From positions 8,680,001 through 8,744,000 of the forward strand of contig CP158636.1 of the NCBI GenBank assembly GCA_050273025.1: a DNA stretch of 64,000 nt, given 5' to 3'. This document shows, piece after piece, positions 1-13,046 of this stretch. Both the position numbers and the translations under genes were made by a program. Below the pieces are notes generated by a model. That model was not told the DNA's origin. It worked only from the letters and a program-made list of their open reading frames with translations, and ran no database searches. Source of the DNA: Cenococcum geophilum (Eukaryota). Position 1 is the first letter of the stretch. Every line of letters starts with the position of its first letter.

Positions 1-230
1 TAAACTATCTATAACGGACCTTATAATACTATACTACGTATATCTACTCGCCCGGCGCTATAAACTGTCTTTACTTATCTTCTATACAACCACAAAAGCC
101 ACTAAGCCTAGGATCTGCTATATTACTAAACAGTATAACTACGCCGAATACTATTAGCGCTATCAATACTAGTATCGCCAAGTTCCTACCAGCAGTGCTT
201 TACCCCTAATAGCACTTTATAAACCCTTTC
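1..230 (-). pseudogene. Fragment of a conserved fungal protein (..PVS.AL.AFGVV.PFG..ADPGLGG...FVAPGEQIYAVQYRKVRYRWF), possibly gasdermin/RCD-1-like
   Basis: Manual de-RIP translation of the minus strand. The family guess rests on motif resemblance only. Confidence 0.35.
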
Positions 231-579
231 TAGAAACCGTCCTACCTTTAATATTTAAGTTATCGTAGACGTTAACGGAGGTTACTACTATACTAGTAAA
301 AAGACTAGCAGCAGCCAGGAAATATAGCTCTTAGGTAAGAATATACTCAGTAAAGTGTTTATATAGACTATTGTTACTATATAGCTAATATTAACTGCTA
401 AGCGTATAACTGTTCTAGATTTGCGTCTACTAGAATAGGCCTAACCTATATAAGAGCAAAATAAAATATAAATCTTGGAATTATAAGCTAACACAAAAAC
501 TTGCAGAAATTAAAAAGGGTAAGATAAACGAGGATAATAAGTTTACTAAGGAAGTTAATCGGAATTTTACGGCCTACTG

Positions 580-925
580 TATAGTTAGCCTATTTACCAG
601 TTAAACCCACTAACTAGTTAGCCCATTTACCGGTTAAACCTAATAACTAGTAGTTAGCCCGTTTACCAGTTAACCCTAATAACTAGTTAGCCTATTTACC
701 AGTTAAACTTATTAACTAGTGGTAAGTAAGCCTATTTACCAGTAACCCCAATAACTAGTTAGCCTATTTACCAGTTAAACCCATTAACTAGTTAAACCTA
801 ATAACTAGTTTATCTATTTGCCAGTCAAACCCAATAACTAGTTAGCCTATTAGTTAAACCCATTAACTAGTCAACCCAATTAACTAAGCCCAATTAACAG
901 CCCTATTTACCAGTTAACCCCATTT
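580..925. repeat. Degenerate minisatellite, ~35-40 bp unit (aataactagttagcctatttaccagttaaaccc)
   Basis: About 8-9 visible imperfect tandem copies. Confidence 0.9.
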
Positions 926-1224
926 AAATAATTAAACTCCACTCGACTTAATTGCAGAATTATGGATTAAAAATATCCTATACATAGTATTTGCCAGTTA
1001 TTATAGTACTGCAAATATAGAATTTCATTATAATTTTATGGGAGGAGGTTAGTTTAATAATTTATAGTCCTATACTTAGCTCTACAGAACGCACGCCCTT
1101 TTGGCATATAGGTAAATAGACGTTTAAAATCTAGCTACCCTTTCTCTTTCTTTACATTTATTCTTATTAATAGTTAGTGGCGGTATATTGCTTAACTATA
1201 CTGTCCATTGGCTAGTAATATATA

Positions 1225-1371
1225 TACACCCTCTTGTTAATTCCGGTTATTAGCGCAGCCATATCTATACGGCCTTACTTTCCCTTAAACAGCAAAAATA
1301 CCAAAACTTCCCCTATAAAAAGGCCGTATAGACGTAGCTACGCTAATAACCAAAATTAACAGAAGGGTGTA
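1225..1371. mobile_element. Small MITE-like hairpin (TACACCC...GGGTGTA)
   Basis: ~55 bp imperfect inverted repeats (tacaccctcttgttaattccggttattagcg / cgctaataaccaaaattaacagaagggtgta) with TA ends. Confidence 0.7.
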
Positions 1372-1449
1372 TATTTCAATAAATTTGCGTTACGTAGCTT
1401 TAGTATAACATAAACACATAGAATACTTACATTATTAGGGGGTATATAG

Positions 1450-2865
1450 ATATATATAAGCGACCTTAAATCCAAACGTATACTAGGATACTATCTTATC
1501 CGCTATAAATAATAGGGCATAGCGCCAAGCAGGCTATTCCACTATAGGTTTAATTAGTAAGCATCCTAAGAGGATATTTCCCCTCTAAATGCCCCGGCCA
1601 AGAGCTTAAATACTATTAAATATTTCGCTAAAAATAACAGGGCTATATAATAGGAAAGGCCACTAGAAATAAATTACTCTTAGGGTAATACTCTTAGGCC
1701 ATAAGTTGCTCCTAGGCGCTGCGGCCGTATACTTTCTATAGGTAGCATATTTCTTTAGCCGCATAATTTTTATAGGCTGCCATTACTAGCACTTAGCTCC
1801 TAGTTATCTAGGTAGAGCTTCTAAGAGGGCTTAATATCTAAGAGATTTAATCTTAGGAGAGCTCTTAATTTAGGAGGGCCGATCCTAGGAGGGATATAAT
1901 CCTAGGAAAAATAATTATTCCGTTATAGGGTGCTATAGAACTTTTAAGAATATATTTCCTAGAAACCTAAGGCTCCTAAAAAACTAATTCTCCTAGGAGC
2001 CTTAGGTTCCTAAGAGCTTAATCCTAAATCTAGAACTACTAGAAGACCATTACTAGGGCTTAGCTACTTAGACTTAGAGGCTCCTTGGAGAATTAATCCT
2101 AAAAGCCTAAGGCTTCTATAAGACTAAAAATAGAGCCTTAATTTAAGCCACGGAACGCATAATCCCCTACACTATACCCCTATTATATAACCTAAACTAC
2201 TTAGCCCTTTCTATACGGGCTGTTAGGATTAGTATAAACATTTATATACCAAGTATATCCAGAGCATTAATTAATTCTTAGCTCGCAATGTCCTCTAAAT
2301 AAAAAGCCATTAGGATATTTATAGAACGAGGTCGTCCTTAATAGCGATGTTCGTCAGGTACTTATATCTCACATTTAAAAAAGAAAGCAGCACCCTATTT
2401 AATATCCTCGCTATTTTAATATAATACTATTGCTTATAGGGGAATATAATAAGTGACTAGGTACTTATCTCTAATACTTACCTCTACGCCCTTAGGCACG
2501 TGTAAATGCAGGGTTCTTTAGATTTGCCTCTAAAGTACATTTCCACTTTTAAACCTAAGTATATAGGATTTTAAAGTGAGCTATAACTAAGCGAACATAA
2601 GCTATAGTAGTGTAAAATTAAGTAAGCCTAAGCTAATTAGGACCTAGTTTTCAGTCCTATTTCTATAGGGTTCTACCTAGTTCTAGGCCCCTTAAGGCTA
2701 CTAGGCTCTAGGTTCTAGCCCCCAAGTCTTAAATAAACTTACCCTTTATTACGACTAAAGACAATAGCTTGTCGGCGTTTCTAATACTTACACTACCCGC
2801 CCTATTATAAATAGTTAGCGCCGCACAGTCCTCGTAGTTCTTAGCAAGCCTTATAAAACTTCATA
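1450..2865 (-). pseudogene. RIP-degraded hypothetical gene with a repetitive C-terminal region
   Basis: Candidate start ATGAAGTTT near 2863, gtaagt-type donor sites, and short repeated units (aggattaagctc/ctcctagga) at 1800-2130. Confidence 0.35.
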
Positions 2866-3249
2866 CTATACTTCTATATAATCTCTTCTAAGACCCTATA
2901 TCAGTTATCAGCCCAAAGTGCGAAAATCTACTATAGTATGCACAAAAATTGGAGTCCGATTCGCAAGTAATTGTATAATAAAAAACTTAAAATTCTAATC
3001 TCTTTTAGACGGAGTGGTTCCTTTGGAATTTATAGCTAGTTTAGCTATACTAGCCCTCCTAATAGGGGGTATGGACCAATATATAGCTATATAGCGTTAT
3101 ATTATTACTCCACTTCGCTCTACTTTACTTCACTTTACATACCTACCTACTTCACCTTACTTTATCTACCTTACTTCACTTTACTTACTTTTCTTCACCC
3201 TGCCATTTAAGCCTTTCTATAGATAGCTCTATAGCTCCTACCCCTACGC

Positions 3250-3955
3250 TTATAAACCACACCAGCCTTATCGCCGTGCTTAATAATAGGATTTAAAGGG
3301 TTTTAAGCGGATTCTTCCCCCTAGAAGATCTTAAGGAAAATAGGCTATTAAAGGTAGTAGCTATCGTTAGGGAGGACCTAGATACAATTATTAGCAATAA
3401 TTACCGTAAAAAAGCCAGGACGATCCTTATTAAGCTCTTATCCATTTCCCTTAAAGTCTTCTTCCTATATGCTATCGGCACCACCCTAGATACGCTTAGC
3501 AAACTACGCTAGAACCTACGCGGCAAACGGGTACGTACTATAACTACCAATACCTACGCCAATACTATCTCTAATTGGTGGCGCACTATAGCCAAGTTAG
3601 AGGGCCTAGCTCAGGCGATTAAGTACTACGCCGCTCGGCTTCCTGCACCGCTAAACTGGCTAAAAAGCCTAGACTAGGAAACAGAACGCCACGACGATCT
3701 ACCCTATAGGGCGATACCGTAGGGAGAAGTGTTTCTAATAATACCCCTATACAACCTACTGGATTTTTTAAAGGATAAATACACGGACGCACTAGTGCAG
3801 ATTAACTACCTATTTAACGAGTGCTCTTTACCCTCTATTAAGTTTGGACCGGCGGAATAGGGTATAAAGATAGAGTTCGGCCTAGGTATTATAAAGGCGG
3901 TTATAGAGCACGGTATATAGAGGGAGGCTACCTATATTCAGCCAGCGGAATAAAG
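3250..3955 (+). pseudogene. RIP-degraded hypothetical cargo gene (..YRKKARTILVELSSISLEVFFLCAIGTTLDTLGKLR..)
   Basis: Coherent protein-like frame once RIP stops are reverted. Confidence 0.5.
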
Positions 3956-5285
3956 CTAGTAGTGTATTTTATTATATTAATATAAAACAATACGTCGGCC
4001 TGCCTAGTATTATACACTAATTGCCAGCATCTACAACAAGGAGGAAATGCTCATCCTTAAAATACCGCCCCATCTCTACGTTTTCCATTTTAACATTGCT
4101 ATACATCTCGCCGCCTACCCACACCACGCCATTCTCGCTATATACCCTAACCACTACGCCGCAGAGCTTCCACCCCTACAGCAGGCCCTTTTAAAGAGAG
4201 GAAAACTGACCTATCCTAACCTCCTAGTCTCTAAGCATTATAGGGTCGGTAAACGGGAACTAGCGTACTAATTATTAGTGCTCTTATAAGGGGAAGGGGT
4301 ATATAAGGAATAGGGGTTTAAGATAAGACTTACCTTATCTTAGATTAGCTGCTAAAGCGCCATATTATTCTATACAATATTATTTACAACTGGCGTCTTT
4401 CTATCTATACTAGGACGTAAAAGCGAATCTTATTAACAGAGTTTTAATAGCCGCCGCTGCAGGTCTATGGCCTAGTTAGTTAGTAATATTTTATATATAG
4501 AGGTAAACCCTAAAGCGACTACAACCCCGTAAAGATTAAAAGTTTTAGATATAGTTTTACTAGTAAAACAAGCACCTTTTAAAAAGTCCTAACGGAAAGG
4601 CAACTACTTATATAGCTACCTGTAGTAAACTTTTACTCTACTAAGTAGGGCGATATATATACTAGACAGGCGCGATACTAAAGGTATAATTAGGTCGGTT
4701 AGGTAAAGTAAAGTAAAGTAAAGTAGAGTAAAGTGTAGGAGAAGGAAAGTAGTAGTATAGGGGGGAGGGGGGCATATGCCGTACTATAGGGGATAGAAGA
4801 AGTAAAGTAAAGTGCGAGTATATAAAGTAAAGTAAAGTAAGGTAGGGACCTACATTATTAACGAATTAGTAACGTCCGGCTTTAGCCTTATACATTCTAG
4901 CTATAACAATAGGCTGAAAAGCCAGCTAGCGAAGGCCTTAAGGATTTAAGAATCCTTCTCTGCTAGGTAGATCCTAAATCATTAAGCTTAAACCTTACCT
5001 TTTATAGTACCTAGGGCAGGGTATATCCCTAGCATTAGCTCACCTTACTTTAGTAGTAAGACAACCGTAATACGCCAAAGATACTGTATATGGACGTTCT
5101 ATATCTTATACCTACTAAAGGAAGCAAGATTAAGTAGTTATAGTCTAGCTATCTCTACGTTACGGAACTGCCAGAAAGGGGTTCTATAATTAGCAGTCGC
5201 ATTTAAAAAGGTATATATTTCCTACGGCATTTTAAAGCTTATATCCCTCATCAGAGTCTGCCATAAGCACCCTATTTATTATTAA

Positions 5286-7130
5286 ATGTCAGACCACACC
5301 TTTACGTCCCTTATACCCGCGAATGCCCTCACTAGGCTAGTATTTAGCAACATCTATAACGCCCTTACGTCTCAGCGCTAGAATAACTAGGCAGATAGCA
5401 CTTAAGCCGCCCTTTACTATATACTTATTAAGCCCAAGCAGATATATAATAGTAAGATAGTTTGCCTTTAACGCGAAATAGAACGCACTAAATATAACAC
5501 TAATAGCGAAGTAAGCAAAACCCTTACGGAGCCAGATACCAACACTAAGGAGCAGCTTTAAAAGCTCGGTATAGTCTAGGTCGGCTGTTATCTACTAGGG
5601 CTATAGTCTCTACTAGCCATACTAAAGAGGGGATAGGCGGCGGGAAAGGGCCCCTTAGAAAACATGCCTATTAACCTACTCCTCTATACTAGGTCTTTTA
5701 TAAAGTCGCACAATATTAACCTCCAGAACCCCTATATACGGTTTAACTTCTTTCCTAAAAACAAGGGCCTTTATATTATAGGCTACTCTAAGTCTCTATT
5801 AGCGCAGCTAATAGTTAATGGCGATATAGCTACGCGGTAACCGTATTACTTAAACCAGTATAATATAAAGATACTGCTCGACAAGCTTAAATACCACTTC
5901 TAGTAGACGGAATTCGCTACTAAAGACAACTTTAAGGAAGCGCGCAGACGCTATATAGCTCGCGCTCTTAGCGGGCTGGCGGCTACTAATATTAATATTA
6001 AGATGCTAACCCCACTCCCTAATAAGAGAACAATAGGTAGGTAGACACTAGGAGATACTTTAGGTGCGGGCGGTTACGGAAGAGTATTCTTTACCTTAAA
6101 TCAGTTAGCTAATATAGCCGCTATTAAAATAGTAGAGCGGACTACCCGAAATTATTATAGTATAGATAAAGAGATTAAGATACTTTAGGAAGTAACTAAT
6201 CTCACACAGAAGTCAGACAATAGTAAGCGAATTCTGCGTATAGTAGAGGTAATCTACTCTAATAGTAAGGAGTTCTCCTCTAAGACGGCCTTTAATAATA
6301 TTACCATTGTTCTAAAGCCAATAACGCCCCAAACCTTTAGCGACTTAGTAGGGACTTAGAGCAAGGGGTAAGCCTCTTATATTCTTAAAATTATAGTTTA
6401 CTAACGTATAAGCTTAACAGAGGGTATAAGGGCATAATAATAGAGGCAGCGACTACATTCCGCGCCGCACTGCTAGGTATTAAAGTTATATATAACGGAC
6501 GCTAGCTGCACTGCGACCTAAAGCCGACTAATATTAGCCTTATCGGCAAGCCGCTCCGTTCCGTCCTACTAGACGTTAGTATATCTAGGCATATCTAGAT
6601 AGGTAGGTTATTATAGCCTAAGCTAGGCATAGTTAGTATAATCGGCTATCTCACTCCTAAGCTTAAGCTAGAGGATTATAACTACTTTATTAACATCTAG
6701 TCTATAGGTATTATCTTATTCGAGCTAACGTACAACTACTACCTATAGAAGTTCTCCATTAACCTATAGCGCGACAGCAAAGATAATAAAAAGCTGCGCC
6801 CTTCCTTCCGGAAAAGTCATTAAAATGCTATTAATAAAATAGCTAGGGATTATAAGAGTGCGTACGCGCCGCCGGCTAGAGGCTATATATATTATAAGTG
6901 TTTCATATTATAGAGCTTTAATAGCTTCTAGTAGTAGATAGGCTAATCTAAACTTATAGTCGGCGGTCTCTTTATTAAAATAGTAAGATACTAGTAGGCA
7001 GCGAACAACTATATATAGCGCCCTAATATTGACGAGGTTCTCTAGTACCTAGCTTAGGGCCTACTACTACCCAAATCTCTATAGGTAAAGAGATAACGGT
7101 TAAAGTATAGCCTTAAAGATAGGAAGGTAT
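5286..7130 (+). pseudogene. Ser/Thr protein kinase with an N-terminal FHA-like region, RIP-inactivated
   Basis: De-RIP motifs: LGAGGYGRVF (Gly loop, ~6060), AAIK, LHCDLKPTNIG (~6505), GYLTPE, IDIWSMGIILFEL (~6690). The upstream region reads GWAAGKG..IDLLL..HARFNF..LTVNG. Two GT-AG introns lie near 6368 and 6895. Confidence 0.85.
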
Positions 7131-7362
7131 AAATAAGCGTTATTTAAAAGGCCGCCTGGCTAGCATATTATAGTTATATAAAAGAGAGACTAGTAGTACT
7201 AGTATATATACCATATCTAGTACTTATAGCAATTAAATTCCCGTTTCTCTTAACAATAATACCGCTGCCCTATATTCTATCACTTTCAACTATAGTTAGG
7301 CCTAGGGTTCATACCACCCCCTTATCGTGCCCCACATATTAAATCACGTAATAACGCTTCCT

Positions 7363-8300
7363 CACTACGCCTATACTAACTTATGGATTATTTAAAGGCT
7401 TACCTCCCTATATTTCTAACCTCTACCTAAAACAGCCTAACTTGTAACGCCCTTATATACAGCCATTGCTAGCCATAACATCGCGGCCAGACAGCCTACC
7501 CACTACTACAGCCAGCTAAGATCTACTTATTATAAGCCTACATCCTTTTAATTTAGTTTTATATTACGGCCTATTAAACTAATAGCAGCGCGAACTTACA
7601 GGATTGCCTTAATATTGTTACCACTTAAAGTGCCTACCTTATTCCTTATACGGGTACACCAGTATCCTAGAAAGCCTACAATAACCAATTTACTACCACA
7701 CTTAAATAGCGCCTTAATGCGGTTATCACCGAATAGATATATAGAAGTGTTATATATTATAGCGCCGCCAATAAATAGCCTATAGGGCATACGCTACTAG
7801 AGATTAAAGAGAAGCGTAAGGCCGAATTAAAGGCGCAGGAAGAGCTTAAGGGGGCTACCTCTAACAATAGTAGCGATAATAACGACAATAATAAAGATAA
7901 AGGCGGTAATAATATTAACGCCAGAGTTAATCTAGGGAAACCAGTAGTAGCACTAAACCAGCCCTAGAGGCCGTAGAGGCCACACTAAATAGACTGGCTC
8001 CTAATACCACCGCTATCCGCTAAAAGCCCTCCGGCTATACTATATAAGAGAAAGCGGCGGAGGATATCCGGGGAAGACAAGAAGGAAAAAAAGCGCCCTA
8101 TTAAGAAGCACGTTAGATTTACCTAAGAAGTCTCCGCCGCTATAGAAGATATTATACCTAATATAGCATGGCAGAAGGGCTAGAAGCGGCAACGGACTCT
8201 TAATATAGGTAATAAAGAGGAGAGGGACAAGAAGCGGCCAAGTAAGGTATAAGTTACTACTACTTACCCTAGCAGTATATGGCTGTAGAGACTATAACTA
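7363..8300 (+). pseudogene. RIP-degraded hypothetical gene with acidic and basic (KRKRR) low-complexity segments
   Basis: ATG near 7363 and a protein-like frame containing NLS-like stretches. Confidence 0.35.
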
Positions 8301-9094
8301 TAGCCAAGATAACCAGCTAGTTAATAATGCCACGATTATTATAATAGGGCGGCTAGGCTAGCTGCTTACGCGCTTATAACACTACGCTACGCCACTCTTA
8401 GGTATATAGCGTCTTTATTACCGATATTAAGAAGACGCTAAAAGGCATTACTCCTACTATAAGGACTATTCGCTTAACTTAAGGACTCGAAACCAAGGCT
8501 TATTTAAACTCTTAGGGCCAAGACTAAAAGTATTTTAGAGTGGCTAGTGCCAGTAAGGTTATAGAGTGTCTTTATAAGAAAGTAAGGAGGGATTTTCTTA
8601 AAGGATACTGTACTTAATATAGGTCTAGTTAAAGGATATAGAGGCCTTTTATATCCTACTTTTCTCTACCACTTAGCTAATAGGAGAGCTGACAGTGGGC
8701 TCCACTTTAACTATACCTTAAAAGTTAAGCCGATTTACTAACTTAGGGATACTAGTACAGTATTACAAATACACTATAATACAGCCACGACAGGAGCATA
8801 ATCCTTCCCTATCTACACCCTACTTTACTATACCTTTATAGGAGGGTTATATTAAACGGTAAGGGCTAACATTAACCCCTTTCTTTTAATCATTCTAAGA
8901 CGGCGATATAGAGGCAGCTAGTTAAGCGTTGCTTTATATAGCAATGCCTATCTAGTTATATGGCTTTACTTAAGCCCCATTACACGCCTTAACGCAACTT
9001 CCTGTCGCCTTAATAAATTAATAGCCAATAAGCCTAGCCTAAGGTTAAGATAAGGTAAGTAGGCAACTTAGCTTTTAGATAGCCCCAATAGTAT

Positions 9095-9410
9095 AGGGTT
9101 TAGAGGCGTTTGTATAAAGTTGTAAACTAGAACCGAAAGCTAATAATAACCCCCTAATAACGCCTTACCTAGTAGGAATAGTATTATATAATCCACTCCT
9201 AATGCCTACCCTTTATGGAGCCGGACACTGCTTAAGCAGTAGACTTATCTTAGCCAGTTAACCTTATATATTTACTCCCTATCTATAGCAAAGGAGCTAT
9301 TAGTGCGTTATAGGGTAGTTTAATTAGCATTCTAGCTAAGCCCTTTATAAGCGCTCCGCCTTATATAGGCGGTATAACAACTCCTATTAATCTGCCTTAT
9401 ATTAAGGGAG
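9095..9410. repeat. Copy 1 of a ~300 bp direct duplication (copy 2 at ~11418-11730)
   Basis: Both copies share long near-identical runs such as ctatctatagcaaaggagctatt and attctagctaagccctttataagcgctccgccttata. Confidence 0.9.
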
Positions 9411-9989
9411 AACTCTACGCATTATATATAGCGGTTATTCATCTATTCTAGTGTAGTAGAGTAGGGTGGTTAGGTTACACAAGGGGGCTTAGACTTATAG
9501 CTACGCTTATAGGGCTATTTACTAGATCTAGTTTTTAGGATCATAATTTAAGCCGGAACCTAGAATTGGGATATAGTCTTTAAAATTAAAATATAGTCTT
9601 TAGAATTGGATCTAGTTCTTAAAACAAGATTATATTTTTAGTTAAAACTTAGGCTAATATTAAAGGGTAGATCCTATATTTATTTTTAACATTCCCACCC
9701 TATTAATATAAAATTTAAAGTTAACTCACACCCTAGAATAGGAGGATATCTAGATTTAAAAGGCAGTAAGCTAGGGCGGTCAATTTCTTAGCGGTAAAGA
9801 CTTTTAAAATGTACCTTTGTACTATAAGCGAGCCTCTTTAACTTCAATCCAATATATAAAAACTTGTTCCTTTATACACAAATAATAACAAGATATTCTT
9901 AATATAGAAGCAACTAGATAAAAACAAAATACCAAGCTAAAGAAATCCTAATTAACGCCTTAATTCTTAATAAATGCTAAAAGATAAAA

Positions 9990-11000
9990 ATATAATTACA
10001 AACATCTTTTCCTATAAGAAATCTCTTATTAGACCTTTTAGGATCTCTATCTACGGTAGAATCCACCTTTCTCTTACGTACCCTTCTCCTTAATATCTCT
10101 TCTAATAAATCCTCTAATGCCTTTCCTAGTTAATCTCCTTGCTTATACGGTTTGCTCCTCTTAGCTATCTCTATTATAACATCTTTAAATAGTTTATATA
10201 TCTTAGCATAACAGCAAAAGAAACAGGGATTCTTAGCATAGTATAATGCAAGTCTCTTTAGTGGTATATCCACGGCTAAAACCTAGGTAGAATACTAGCA
10301 TATTACCACAATAGGGCTAAACGTAAATACAAATGATTTATAACTAGGGCTTCGGAGACGTCTTAAGTCCTTTCTTATATAACAAGAAGGCAACTATAAG
10401 ACGAGATACTTCAGTTGTTTACGCGAAATTATGGTATTAGAAATCGTTAATACTTTAAATAGGGGGGATGCAACTCTAAAAAACGTCGTAAGATTAGCTA
10501 AGCTATTCTCTACTTACTTATTAGTATTGCTAAATAAATATAGGGGTTTTATAAATATACCTTAAGTTACTGGCAAAACATGTTTAGAAACCGCAACTAT
10601 ATCCGCTAGTTAAGGCGAGTCTATCTTAGCCTTGCTATAGTCCTTCTTTAGCTTAAATAAGCCTATCTTAGCTTCGCCGTGGCCTTCTAAGTCCCTAAAG
10701 TAATTAAGGTACATTTTTTATACATCTCCCTAAACCATGTCCTTTTATATATCGCCCTTCGTATTATCGTTGTTTTTATAAGGATTAACTTTATTAGATG
10801 TTTAAGTAGGCGTATAAGGCATCTATTTCTGCATAGGGTTAGAAAGCTATAATTATTTCTCCTCCCCGCTACTAGATGCCGTGTCTTTATTATCGATATA
10901 ATTCTAAAATAATTTAAGGTTTCTAGTAGGTTGATTAAATATATTACCCTTAGGGCGGTAGCATATAGTAATATTTCTATAAGCACTGGTTAAGGACCTA
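9990..11000 (-). pseudogene. RIP-degraded hypothetical gene
   Basis: Long protein-like frame after reversal of RIP stops. No recognisable domain. Confidence 0.35.
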
Positions 11001-11417
11001 TAGGTTATATTAGTAATATATTTAAGCTTAGTTAAGGTAATATATATAATATCTGGTATTCCTATAAAGATCATAAGGGGTATATAATTAAGAGGTGAGG
11101 TTTAAAGGTAAGTTAATTTAATGGCATATAAGAACTAGGAGTACGACGTTTATATTTCATTTCTCTCCCAGGGTGGAGTTAGGACAGAAGGTAAAAGGAA
11201 AAGACAGAGCACACTAGCCGCCTTTTTCCACCCTATATAGTATCTATGGTAGAATATTTAGTAGCTATAATTACTCTCAGCTTATATATTATCTACGCCC
11301 CAGACTATAGGCACCTAAAGCGATCTATAAGTGAGGTATTGTTAGGAGTAGCTATTAGCTAAGCTATTACTAAATTTAAATAGCTAACAATCTCCAATAG
11401 ACGCCGTATGCCTTAGT

Positions 11418-11730
11418 AGGGTTTAGAAGCGTTTATATAAAGTTATAAACTAAAACTGGAAGTTAACAATAACCCCTAATAACGCCTCTCTTAGCAGGAA
11501 TAGCATTATATAATCTACTTCCGACGCCCATCCTTTCTAGGGCAAGATACTGCCTAAGCAGTAGACTTATCCTAGCCAGTTAATCTTATATATTAACCCC
11601 CTATCTATAGCAAAGGAGCTATTGGTATCTATAGGTGGTTTAATTAGTATTCTAGCTAAGCCCTTTATAAGCGCTCCGCCTTATACGGGCGGTAATTAAC
11701 TCCTATTAATCTGCCTTGTGTTAGGGAAGA
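11418..11730. repeat. Copy 2 of the ~300 bp direct duplication
   Basis: Aligns by eye to 9095-9410. Confidence 0.9.
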
Positions 11731-13046
11731 TCTTTTACTTAAGGCGCTAAACAGCTGGTACTTAGAGGTCTATAGGCTTGTTCTATATCCTAACAATATT
11801 AACCACGATTTCTCCTTAAGTGGTATTCTGTAACCCTAAGTACCTATAAGCGCAGCGTCCCTAAATTATTAGCTAGTAAGTAGGCGTTTATAAATAAAGA
11901 AACCGACTTTAGAGATAATAATGGCAACGTAAAGGCGTTAGCTGGTTAGAAAAGTAACTTTAGTAATAAGGATTAAGAATGGGATATAGAGACATTATAT
12001 AACGGAGAAAATAGTTTTAGTACTAAAGATTAAGAAATAGGGGCAGATAGCAATAAAGAGATGTCGAGTGACGAGGCCATATAGGCGACGGTCGGATACG
12101 GTGGCCTTGGCTTTATAGTCTTAAATCTATAAATATAGGATATAAATATAAAGAAGACTTCTAATAAAAGCTGGTAAAAGGGTTAAAACTTTAGCCTCTT
12201 TTTGTTTAGCCTATCGCGAAACAAAATAATATTTCACCATTCCTACCAGAGTCTCTACCCGCTTGACTTATAGCAAGCTATAAAGTATTTGCGATAATCT
12301 ATGCTTTTACTCAGATAAATTTATTTACTACCTTAAAAGCGATAATAGAAGGCAAATCTATACTAACGACCCAGAATTTTCTAATTTTCTTATAGACCTA
12401 GGACGCATACCACCTTAGCAACTATTAGTCATGTTTAAGACTACGGTACTTATAGATTTATATCTTAAGGATATAAACATGTTTTTTTATAGTGTTTTCT
12501 TTTTATTTAAATTATTTCTCTGCTTATAGTACCTAGCGGTTGTTTATCTATTCCGGTGTAGTAGGGAGGGGTAATTAGGTTACGCGAGGGGGCTTAGACT
12601 TATAGCTACGCTTATAGGGCTATTTATATAGGAACTTCTTCAAGTATATATAAGGGGGGTGCGAGTCGTTGCAAAGTCCATATATGTAGGAACTTCTTCA
12701 ATATTTCTAGATCTTGGACTTATATATTTCCTTTTTTTATAGTTGGCTCGCAAGACCAAAGCCGTAGCCGCTAAATCCGTTAAGATCCTGGCTGCATGTT
12801 TAGAGGGCGCTACGCCCGACTACCTAGCTCGCTCTTTTTATAAAATTCCTTAATTAATCGATGGTGCCTAAAGGAAATCGTTATAGAGGAAGTAAGGAAC
12901 GATGGTTAGAGTAGTGGAATATAGATATAGGAGTATTTGTAAGCGCGCATTAAATTTATCCTCTAACAGCTAGCACTATTTAATTTTGATTTAACAAACT
13001 ACGCCGAATATATAGTGCTTTTCGACTCTAAAACTGAAGATAAACC

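Noticed and set aside
580..925. CRISPR-like array
   Set aside because: The context is eukaryotic, the repeats are degenerate and tandem without unique spacers, and there are no cas genes.
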